Source of the DNA: Alphaproteobacteria bacterium
GTDB taxonomy: Bacteria > Pseudomonadota > Alphaproteobacteria > Rs-D84
Direction of reading: 5' to 3'
Length of the DNA: 64,000 nucleotides
Assembly: GCA_015062495.1 (NCBI GenBank)
Contig: SUUN01000002.1
Span: 71,905 to 135,904, forward strand
Part shown: positions 47,687 through 55,708 of the stretch, piece by piece
Layout: each line of letters starts with the position of its first letter
Position numbering within the stretch: position 1 is the stretch's first letter
Program-made: the position numbers and the translations under genes
The notes under the pieces: model-generated
The model's input: only the letters and a program-made list of their open reading frames with translations
What the model was told of the DNA's origin: nothing
The model's database searches: none

Positions 47687-48121
47687 ATGACAACAGACGA
47701 ATTTTTATCATATATAAAATCGCGCGGGGCGCACCTGGCGGATGCCGTATCACCAAATCAAATTGCGCTGACAAACACTGCACTGCAACAACGTCGTCGC
47801 GCCATGTTGCCACAATATATGACCGAACTATATACCAAAACCGGTGGCATTATCTTGGGCAACGGTTATATATTTGGCCCAAAAGAAATCCCCCAGGGCC
47901 TGCGTTTTCCCGTCCCAACAATAACCAAAATTAACGAAGACGTATCCAACATTCCCCAAACCATCGGCAAAACTATATTTGGTCGCAACGATTTATTTTG
48001 GTTTGCATTTGATGCATTTGGTGTTTGCTATATGCTGGATAATTTAACACTTGCACCATTACGCAAATATGACGATCCACACCGCGCACTAATCGATTGT
48101 TTAATCGCAGGAAAAATATAA
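47687..48121 (+). CDS. hypothetical protein (operon gene 3)
   Basis: 144 aa, 20-nt gap after gene 2. Confidence 0.45.
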   Translation: MTTDEFLSYIKSRGAHLADAVSPNQIALTNTALQQRRRAMLPQYMTELYTKTGGIILGNGYIFGPKEIPQGLRFPVPTITKINEDVSNIPQTIGKTIFGRNDLFWFAFDAFGVCYMLDNLTLAPLRKYDDPHRALIDCLIAGKI

Positions 48122-48124
48122 ACA

Positions 48125-48343
48125 ATGAAAAAAATATCTGTATCCTTGTCCGGTCATCAAACCAGCATCACCCTGGAACGCGAATTTATTGACGCCCTGC
48201 ATGCATTGGCAGCACGCGCCGGCAAACCAATTGCACAAATAATAAATGAAATCGATTGCGCACGCGCACCCGACACCAACCTGTCGTCTGCGGTACGCGT
48301 ATGGGTACTAAATCAAATGATATTACGCATTGGTACGAATTAA
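48125..48343 (+). CDS. ribbon-helix-helix DNA-binding protein (PF13467/COG4321-like)
   Basis: 72 aa. KKISVSLSGHQTSITLEREFIDAL...IDCARAPDTNLSSAVRVWVL matches the RHH_4 family consensus (...SxxIxGHrTSisLE..Fw.aL...A...g.s...L...ID..R...NLSSAiRl.VL). Confidence 0.65.
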   Translation: MKKISVSLSGHQTSITLEREFIDALHALAARAGKPIAQIINEIDCARAPDTNLSSAVRVWVLNQMILRIGTN

Positions 48344-48367
48344 AAATCCGCCTATACGGCGGTTGTT

Positions 48368-51088
48368 TTATTCATTATCCGGGGGATATATCAAACAACT
48401 GGTATAATTATTATATCCAAATGCGCCTGATTGTGTACATTCTATTTTTGCCTTTTTACACATATTTGCACAACGCTTAAAACCAGGCGATTTATCTTCT
48501 GTACCAAAATCACATGTGGCATCAACATAGGTATTAAATTTCCCATCCTTGTTTTTCATAACCGTATAAACCTTAATATCTTCACGCCATGTTCCGTGCG
48601 CATCATTACACGCACTTCGTGCCTTGGACAAATATTCTGAATATTTTCCACGTGTTGCAGACTGATAAATCGTTCCTTCCACTGCAGTTTGATCAAACCA
48701 CCAATCCGATTCCAACGGTCGCCACACAGTTTGTCCAGACGCCACAGATTCTACATCTGTATCTGCGAAACAATCCAATTTCATTTCCACATTTGGACAT
48801 GGCAGAGTATTATTTTCGCATCCGCCACCACGCCGCCTTGATACAAGTACGTCAACCTGAATATTCGCTGGCTTTTGTTTTGCGACAAAATAACTTTCCA
48901 ATAATTTCTGTTTAGCAAAGGCTATGTCAAACTCTTTATCAAAATCCTTGTAATGTGGAGAAACTAATTCGACTTCAAATTTACATACGCGCCCTGTTAT
49001 TTGCGACCACATTTCATCAATCTTTGCCTTGGCTACAGATGTCAATCCGTTATCACTGAAAAAATCTGCTTCTGCAATAATAACCCCATCTTGGTTTGAT
49101 GTTACCGCACCGACATTATTTAACACATCCTTGATTGCCGTATTATCCGGTATTATTTGATTGGGATTCACCATCCCCTGCACCTGCGATTCTGCTGATT
49201 GCGATTGTATATTACCAACGACGTTTGACACAGACTCCTCAGAATCTGATTCTACAACAGGTTCTGTAACAGAATTTTTTAACACAATATTTGTATGTGC
49301 ATTTTCATAATCTTTCTTGTCATATTTATTTTTACCTGAATTAATCGCCAGGTTACCAATCAATGACCCTGCCGCTCCAACAACCGCAGTTATTGCTCCT
49401 GTTTTCTTTTTTTCCGCAGTCTCATCTTTTTGTTCTTGCCACATCTTGGCGTCCTGGCTATTTGGATCAGTCAACGCCCGCGCCAACGATGCATATGCAC
49501 CACCTGTTTTCCCAATCGCTACATCATCATACAATCCAGATGTTGCCGCATTCAAAATCGGTTCAGACTCAATCCCAGGTCGCATCCCCAATGCTTCTTT
49601 GCGCACCTTTAAATCATTTGCCAGCGCAACATATTCTGCATACAGTGCAATCAAGTCATTACCACCCGGCAATTCAACATCAACATCACCACCACGCACA
49701 TTTTTGCCATTACCATAACTGCATGTAAACGTGGCCAGATATGCCCGCATTGCATTTTCCGCATCTGCATACGCATCTTGTTCCGCCGCACCTGATGCCA
49801 ACATCATACCGCCAATCCCAGTTGCACCAATACCCGCTGCCCCCAACAGTTTATTTGCATCTGATTGTTCCCTGTCTTTGGCGGATTTTGCACTATCTTT
49901 TAATTTATCAATATTGTTTTGTGATTCTTGTTGCGCTTGTAAACTATTCACCTGCGGATTTTCACCCGGGACAGCAACCACGTCATCTACAGCTGTTTCG
50001 TCATCACTAACAACGGTTGTATCCTGAACATTCGTGGGCGATGTCACACCATCGTCCGTCGTACTGGCACTGTCCCCATCTTCAACTGGCGCGGCAACCA
50101 CAGCTGTATCGGTCACGGTTTCTTGTGTTGGTGTCGACGTATTTTCCGCATCAGACTGCGCGTTGTCCTCTGTCACTGGCGCAACACATGTCAGGTCTGT
50201 TTTTTCCCCATCTATAATAGTTAACTTATATTCTGCATCCATTTTTTTTACACTTTGACAATAACTGTCCGCGACACACCACCCCTGGGACACCCCCGCA
50301 GAACTCACAACCAGATACGTCCCCGCCTTGCACTTTGTAGCCACACATTTTAGCCCAGAATTATATTTTCCCGCTGTTGCGAATTGTGGCAAATCGTTTG
50401 CGGCACAATTATCACCCGGCCCAATTGTACGCACACAACTTCTTTTATCATCCGACGGTCTATAATTCTGTTTACACTCAGAAATCGAGTTGACCCACAC
50501 CATGCGGTTTGGATTTTCCTTGTATGTACATGTTTTTGTACACGAAGCCGCGTTGGAATCAGTTATCACATTTGGCGCACATTCTTGATTTTCCAAGACT
50601 GTCCCCTCAGGCGAATCGCCACATTTTCTTTCCTGACATTTACCATCTGCAAAAAATCTATTACCGTCACAACTAGCCATCAGACACCCTCTGGGCCACG
50701 CACCATCTTCAACAAAATTCCCACCTTGAACCCTGCATCTCTGCTCTGCCCCATCTTGGTACACACAATACCGCGCGCCACTAACACTTAATGTTGTTAT
50801 TTGACTTTTCTCACACCAATTTGTTTGCTGTTTTTGCCACTCATCCGGCCAACCTTTAACACATTTATAATTATCGCCATATAATGTTTGCAACTCTGCC
50901 CCATCCGCAAATGAAAAAGTTCCTTTTCTATACACCGGATTACATTCATAACTACTACCGTTATTCAAATAAAAGAATGATTTATCATCCGATGAACTAC
51001 TGGCTGCATTCACCTGTCGCCATGGTGCCGCATCACCATATGCAGCATCTAAAATCAGACAAAAAAACAACACAAACAAACAGCGCAT
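48368..51088 (-). CDS. large secreted cysteine-rich modular protein (Cys-rich N-domain, acidic T/D/V-rich linker, glycine-zipper segments, Cys-containing C-domain)
   Basis: About 906 aa from MRCLFVLFFCLILDAAYG (track start 51136 runs into the leader hairpin). About 45 Cys in the first 330 aa. Linker TDTAVVAAPVEDGDSASTTDDGVTSPTNVQDTTVVSDDETAVDDVVAV. Gly-zipper segments GAAGIGATGIGGMMLASGAA and GAITAVVGAAGSLIGNLAI. Shares a KFNT motif with the 4131/5791 C-terminal domain. Confidence 0.7.
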   Translation of the reverse strand: MRCLFVLFFCLILDAAYGDAAPWRQVNAASSSSDDKSFFYLNNGSSYECNPVYRKGTFSFADGAELQTLYGDNYKCVKGWPDEWQKQQTNWCEKSQITTLSVSGARYCVYQDGAEQRCRVQGGNFVEDGAWPRGCLMASCDGNRFFADGKCQERKCGDSPEGTVLENQECAPNVITDSNAASCTKTCTYKENPNRMVWVNSISECKQNYRPSDDKRSCVRTIGPGDNCAANDLPQFATAGKYNSGLKCVATKCKAGTYLVVSSAGVSQGWCVADSYCQSVKKMDAEYKLTIIDGEKTDLTCVAPVTEDNAQSDAENTSTPTQETVTDTAVVAAPVEDGDSASTTDDGVTSPTNVQDTTVVSDDETAVDDVVAVPGENPQVNSLQAQQESQNNIDKLKDSAKSAKDREQSDANKLLGAAGIGATGIGGMMLASGAAEQDAYADAENAMRAYLATFTCSYGNGKNVRGGDVDVELPGGNDLIALYAEYVALANDLKVRKEALGMRPGIESEPILNAATSGLYDDVAIGKTGGAYASLARALTDPNSQDAKMWQEQKDETAEKKKTGAITAVVGAAGSLIGNLAINSGKNKYDKKDYENAHTNIVLKNSVTEPVVESDSEESVSNVVGNIQSQSAESQVQGMVNPNQIIPDNTAIKDVLNNVGAVTSNQDGVIIAEADFFSDNGLTSVAKAKIDEMWSQITGRVCKFEVELVSPHYKDFDKEFDIAFAKQKLLESYFVAKQKPANIQVDVLVSRRRGGGCENNTLPCPNVEMKLDCFADTDVESVASGQTVWRPLESDWWFDQTAVEGTIYQSATRGKYSEYLSKARSACNDAHGTWREDIKVYTVMKNKDGKFNTYVDATCDFGTEDKSPGFKRCANMCKKAKIECTQSGAFGYNNYTSCLIYPPDNE

Positions 51089-51106
51089 TAATCCCCCCGT
51101 CAACAT

Positions 51107-51210
51107 CATAATAAAAAACCACTGAAAAAACATCAAGTGGTTGGAGGTTCGTTACAACTTTTCAGGAAATTGTTCGCTTTATTCAATATATTCAAGCGAC
51201 CTCCAACCCT
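51107..51210 (-). promoter_or_regulatory. conserved structured 5' leader element, copy 2
   Basis: In mRNA orientation the order is: GGGUUGGAGGUCG (51210-51198) pairing with CGAACCUCCAACC (51151-51139) around a ~46-nt loop, then hairpin CCACUUGAUGUUUUUUCAGUGG (51140-51119), then UUUUUUAUUAUG..., then RBS GGGGGGA and AUG at 51088. Stem and hairpin are conserved with copy 1; the loop sequence is different. Confidence 0.55.
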
Positions 51211-51348
51211 TTTGGTTGGAGAGATTGCCCGCACACTCTAATTCTGCGCAGACACCTGAAAACACGGGTAACGACACCCCATCACGGCAAAGCCACCGTG
51301 ACAACTATATTATAACACACAGAAAACAAATAAGAAAGAATAAAAATA

Positions 51349-53343
51349 TTACCTGTATTTGCGCCTACAAAAACCAATCGACACAATTAAAATAATAATC
51401 ATCCATCCATTCAGTCCAATCACACGATACGGTGTAATATGTGCCCCCCATACAAATCCATCCAGCACCCCCGTCGCGCCAATCGGCAATGATGATATGA
51501 TTGCGCCATCCGCCCCAACAAACGCGCTAATGCCCGAATAATTTGCACGAATAATCGGCAACCCTGATTCAATTGCATATCGCCGCACCATATCCAGATG
51601 CTGATATGTGCCCGGCGTATTACCGAACCAATTATCATTTGTAATATTCACAATTGCATGCACATGCCCCGTATTCCCACCTGGCAACAAAGAATCTGAA
51701 AAAATAATTTCATAACAAATCGCAGGCGCAAAAACAAAATCCCCAACCGCAAGCAGTTCTGGTCCACGTCCCGGCATCAAATCAACCGGCGCAGGCAAAA
51801 ATCCCAACGGTCTATACTCGCCAAATGGCACCAGGTGTGACTTGCTATAAATCTTGTTAATATCACCACCGTCGTTCACAACAACCATAGAATTAGACAC
51901 CCCATTCCCGTCAAACGTATTTGTCCCCATAACAACGGGACGTCCAATTATTTTTACAAAATCAAATGTATCATTTGGCACAACAACAAACGGATATGTG
52001 GTTTCCGGGAACACAACCATATCATATACCCCAGGCTGCGTTGCCAAATTCATTAAATTATTCAAATTGGTTTCCGCACGCGCCAACGCTTCGGCCCGAC
52101 TGTGTGTTGCCTTTTGCAATTGGGAATTGGCAGGTTGCACAATACGAACCATTGGCCCTGTTGCATCCGCCCCAACATCTGAATATCGCATATTTTGCGC
52201 ACCAACAAACATTCCACATATGCCCAATAAAAGCATACCAATTAACACCGCCCAACATGCACGACATTTTCTGTCCCGCAAAACTTCAACCAACGCCGCT
52301 ATTACCCCCACAATAACAAACGTTAATCCCAACGCCCCCCACAACGCCATAGAATTTGCCAACATCGGCAATGGCATTGTTATATTTGCAACCGGATTCC
52401 ACGGAAATCCTGTAAACATCCATTCACGCGCCCACAGAACCAACGCCCAAACACAGGCAAACAAAATCGCACGCGCCCCACCCGATATACGCATACGCGC
52501 AATCGCAACGAACGGCCATGAAAATATCAGCGCACCCGCAATCGCCAATCCAACCACACCTGGAATTGTCCAAATTGCAAACTGTTGGGTTAATTCCGGC
52601 ACAACATAAATCGAATGCAGAACCCACCAAAAATTTGCCACGGCATACATCGCCCCAAATGGCGACACACGCAATAACGAACGCCAAAAGCCACCTATAT
52701 TTTCATTACGAACCGTCAACCAGTATGCGCCCATTATTCCAACAATCGTCCACCACCAATGGTAAAATGGTGCGAACCCAAAACTGGCAACCCCACCAAA
52801 CAGTGCGTACAGCGCATATTGCCAAAAACCATTTTCACGAATTTTTAATCGCCGAAAAAACGCAAGCACCCCACCACCTGGGCAGCAACTGGCATCATTA
52901 CACGAAACAGCGACATCATCCGCATATGGATTTTTTATCCCCATTTTTTTCAGCACCTTTATTTCCTTCATCTCCATCAGAATTGCTTCTTCATCTGTCA
53001 TATGATCGTACCCCAACAGATGAAACATACCATGCACAACCATATGCGCCACATGATCATGAAACGATATTTTTGCCTCTTTTGCTTCGCGCATTACTGT
53101 ATCAATGGAAATATAAATATCCCCCAGTAACACATCGTCCCCCAATTCAAACGACAGCACATTTGTCGCCCTGTCTACATTGCGATACGTTTTATTGATT
53201 TCATGAATTTCCGCATCATTGGTCAGTATAATCGACACTTCGGCATTTTTATATTTTGCCCCAACCACAATATTGGCGATTTTTTGAAAGTCAATTTTAT
53301 GACTATCCCAACGTTTATCATGTGCATCAATATATACTTTCAT
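51349..53343 (-). CDS. fusion ORF: endoribonuclease YbeY (N-terminal ~150 aa) joined in-frame to apolipoprotein N-acyltransferase Lnt (C-terminal ~500 aa)
   Basis: N-terminus has the YbeY motif HGMFHLLGYDH. After the linker VAVSCNDASCCPGGG comes a polytopic membrane domain and a nitrilase-like CN-hydrolase domain (ICYEIIFSD) typical of Lnt. No intervening stop codon. The usual ybeY-corC-lnt arrangement lacks corC here. Confidence 0.75.
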   Translation of the reverse strand: MKVYIDAHDKRWDSHKIDFQKIANIVVGAKYKNAEVSIILTNDAEIHEINKTYRNVDRATNVLSFELGDDVLLGDIYISIDTVMREAKEAKISFHDHVAHMVVHGMFHLLGYDHMTDEEAILMEMKEIKVLKKMGIKNPYADDVAVSCNDASCCPGGGVLAFFRRLKIRENGFWQYALYALFGGVASFGFAPFYHWWWTIVGIMGAYWLTVRNENIGGFWRSLLRVSPFGAMYAVANFWWVLHSIYVVPELTQQFAIWTIPGVVGLAIAGALIFSWPFVAIARMRISGGARAILFACVWALVLWAREWMFTGFPWNPVANITMPLPMLANSMALWGALGLTFVIVGVIAALVEVLRDRKCRACWAVLIGMLLLGICGMFVGAQNMRYSDVGADATGPMVRIVQPANSQLQKATHSRAEALARAETNLNNLMNLATQPGVYDMVVFPETTYPFVVVPNDTFDFVKIIGRPVVMGTNTFDGNGVSNSMVVVNDGGDINKIYSKSHLVPFGEYRPLGFLPAPVDLMPGRGPELLAVGDFVFAPAICYEIIFSDSLLPGGNTGHVHAIVNITNDNWFGNTPGTYQHLDMVRRYAIESGLPIIRANYSGISAFVGADGAIISSLPIGATGVLDGFVWGAHITPYRVIGLNGWMIIILIVSIGFCRRKYR

Positions 53344-53370
53344 ATTTATTCCACCTTTTATAACAGGAAC

Positions 53371-55242
53371 TTATGCCATATTTCCTTTGAATTCTTGCCC
53401 ATACAACAGCAAATCTTTCTTTGCATTTTTCTGGTGAATCTGTTTTATCCCAGAATGAAAGGCCACTTTTTTATTACCACCTTGCTTGATTTTTTCAGAC
53501 ACACGTGTGATATCATTTTGCACACGCCTGTTGCCATTTGCCAATGCTAATTTATAGTTCGCCAATGCCTTGTCTAATTTCCCCAGTTGTTCGTACGCAA
53601 ATCCCGCGTTGTATTGCGCTGCACCATATTGTGATTTATCACCGATACGCTGGACCACCTCGCGCGATTGGGCGATTGCTTCGTTATACATCCCCAGCTT
53701 ATTATAGGTTGCCGCCAAATCATTACGCAGCAATGCATTATCCGGATATTTTGCAATCATATCCTGATATTTTTCGGCCGCCCCACGATAATCCCCGGCG
53801 CGATACGCACCCACCGCATCGGCATATAATTCATCATATCCGATAACATATGTTTTAACCTCGACCTGCTCTGCTTCTTTTTTCTGTTTATCAGACCGCA
53901 ACACATTATCCCAAACACTTAGTGCACCTATTTCACACTTTCCAATTGCACACTGTTGTGCAATATCGACCGGCAACCAATCCGCCGCTGTTTTCCAGTG
54001 TGCCAACGATTCCCCATGTTTATTAACCGGATTTTCCAACCATTTATAGAAACGTGTCAACGTTTCATCATTTGCCACACGTTTGCCATTTTTTTCAACG
54101 AACCAGTTTTCACGTTTATCACCAATAATCTGATAAAACTCGTACATTCCGCCAATTGGGATTTTCAAGAAAACCTCAGGCTTAATATTTCCCTTCATTA
54201 CCTGGGCTTCTAACCATCTGCGCCATTTCAGTCCATTACCCCCCTTTAAAAAGTTCCCCAAACTATTGCCTATTTCATCCTTGGGCGCGCCATTCAGCCA
54301 CGCATCGCCAACGGACGTCATATGTTCCACCGGATACTTTGCAAACACATCACGCACCATTTCATTGGTTATTGCATTACCATATTGTTCATGCAGTTTG
54401 TCCAATTCTGCAAAACGTTCTTCGTATTTCCGATTCCTTTTTCCGTCTACCTTGGGTTCTTCTATTAAATCAGTACCAACATTATATGTTGCCGCCGACA
54501 ATGCAATTAATTCCCCCGCCCGATTAATATCAACGTTATCAAACACCACATCATAGCAATACAACCGAAACAGTGTTTCATTTTCCATAATATGCCAACA
54601 CGCTAATTCATAGGCCGCCTGGGTGGAAATTGGCGGTGTATTTTTATTAACACGCGTTCCGTCCTTTAAAACAGTTGAACCAAATCCAATTGTCCATATT
54701 CCACGTCCATCCAGATACGGCGCATGCATACCATTTGCATCAACATTAACCCCTTCCTTGGCAATCAGGTCCGCAACCAGATACGGCAACGCCCCCCGCA
54801 TTTTATCCAGATATTCTGCATACGTTCCACGCTTTGCGCGCTCAGCCTCGCGTTCAATTTTTACCTGATTAACCAAATCAGAAATTTCAACCCCCGCCTT
54901 GATTCCACCCGCAATAGATGCAATCAGCATATAATAAATCATATGCGACGACAGGTTTGGATGCCGTTTCATAAACTCGTGTAATTTTTTATTTTCGCCT
55001 TTTTTATTTTTTCCAACACGCATATCACGCAGTGCCTTTTCCCCCGCACGCAACGCATGATTATCCAACGTAATATATTTGGTTGCCCAGAATAAAAATT
55101 GTGCCAACCCCGTCATGGTCATCCCTGCACCTTTTGCAACCTTGCCATACCATTTATCGGGTTGTATACGCTTGATTTCCTGGGTTGCGCGCCCAAACGC
55201 TCTGTGTGGAAAATTAACAATATTACGGAATTTTTCTGACAT
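53371..55242 (-). CDS. membrane-anchored GH24 (T4/lambda-type) lysozyme-domain protein with C-terminal TPR repeats
   Basis: 623 aa. Predicted transmembrane helix (MIYYMLIASIAGGIKAG). Lysozyme motif LIAKEGVNVDANGMHAPYLDGRGIWTIGFGST with an E...D...T catalytic-triad pattern. C-terminal TPR-like AEKYQDMIAKYPDNALL...YNKLGMYNEAIA...YEQLGKLDKALANY. Confidence 0.65.
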   Translation of the reverse strand: MSEKFRNIVNFPHRAFGRATQEIKRIQPDKWYGKVAKGAGMTMTGLAQFLFWATKYITLDNHALRAGEKALRDMRVGKNKKGENKKLHEFMKRHPNLSSHMIYYMLIASIAGGIKAGVEISDLVNQVKIEREAERAKRGTYAEYLDKMRGALPYLVADLIAKEGVNVDANGMHAPYLDGRGIWTIGFGSTVLKDGTRVNKNTPPISTQAAYELACWHIMENETLFRLYCYDVVFDNVDINRAGELIALSAATYNVGTDLIEEPKVDGKRNRKYEERFAELDKLHEQYGNAITNEMVRDVFAKYPVEHMTSVGDAWLNGAPKDEIGNSLGNFLKGGNGLKWRRWLEAQVMKGNIKPEVFLKIPIGGMYEFYQIIGDKRENWFVEKNGKRVANDETLTRFYKWLENPVNKHGESLAHWKTAADWLPVDIAQQCAIGKCEIGALSVWDNVLRSDKQKKEAEQVEVKTYVIGYDELYADAVGAYRAGDYRGAAEKYQDMIAKYPDNALLRNDLAATYNKLGMYNEAIAQSREVVQRIGDKSQYGAAQYNAGFAYEQLGKLDKALANYKLALANGNRRVQNDITRVSEKIKQGGNKKVAFHSGIKQIHQKNAKKDLLLYGQEFKGNMA

Positions 55243-55243
55243 T

Positions 55244-55708
55244 TTATTTTTTCCCCAGCCCTGTTTTCTTGGCTATCTTTGAACGCTTGCGCGCATAGGC
55301 CGGCGCAACAAACGGATAATCATCCGGCAACCCCCACTTTTCACGATACTGCTGTGGGGTTAAATCAAAGCGTCGCTTGATATACCGGCGCAGCATCACA
55401 TGCCACGTCCCATCTTCCAGACATTGAATCTTGTCTGGTCGAACAGAATCCTCGATTTGTTGTGGTGTAACGGACGTTCCGCGTAAAATCTCGCGCGCAT
55501 TTTTTACTGCCATCTCCATCGTCAGTTTTGGATTCGCATTAATTGCCGCCGCCGCCAAATTTGCAACCGCCAAAGTGAACTCAGAATTTTTATTTACCAA
55601 CTTGCCAATTCCTTTATAATTTAATAATATAATTATACCACAAATGAACCATAAATAAAAGCCAAGTAAAATGACACGACCACTTGCCGATTTAATGCGT
55701 CCCAACAC
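55244..55708 (-). CDS. mucR: MucR/Ros-family transcriptional regulator (variant with non-canonical zinc ligands); true start probably downstream of the track start
   Basis: C-terminal IQCLEDGTWHVMLRRYIKRRFDLTPQQYREKWGLPDDYPFVAPAYARKRSKIAKKTGLG matches the Ros/MucR DNA-binding domain (..CLECG..HL..HH..TPeeYRekWgLp.dYPmvApnYa..Rs..Ak..GLG), but the second Cys and both His are replaced. The first ~30 codons overlap the divergent rarA start and are likely not translated. Confidence 0.6.
   Translation of the reverse strand: MLGRIKSASGRVILLGFYLWFICGIIILLNYKGIGKLVNKNSEFTLAVANLAAAAINANPKLTMEMAVKNAREILRGTSVTPQQIEDSVRPDKIQCLEDGTWHVMLRRYIKRRFDLTPQQYREKWGLPDDYPFVAPAYARKRSKIAKKTGLGKK

Noticed and set aside
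51854-52609. 251-aa ORF antisense within the lnt portion of the fusion gene
   Set aside because: Shadow ORF. The sense strand has clear Lnt homology.
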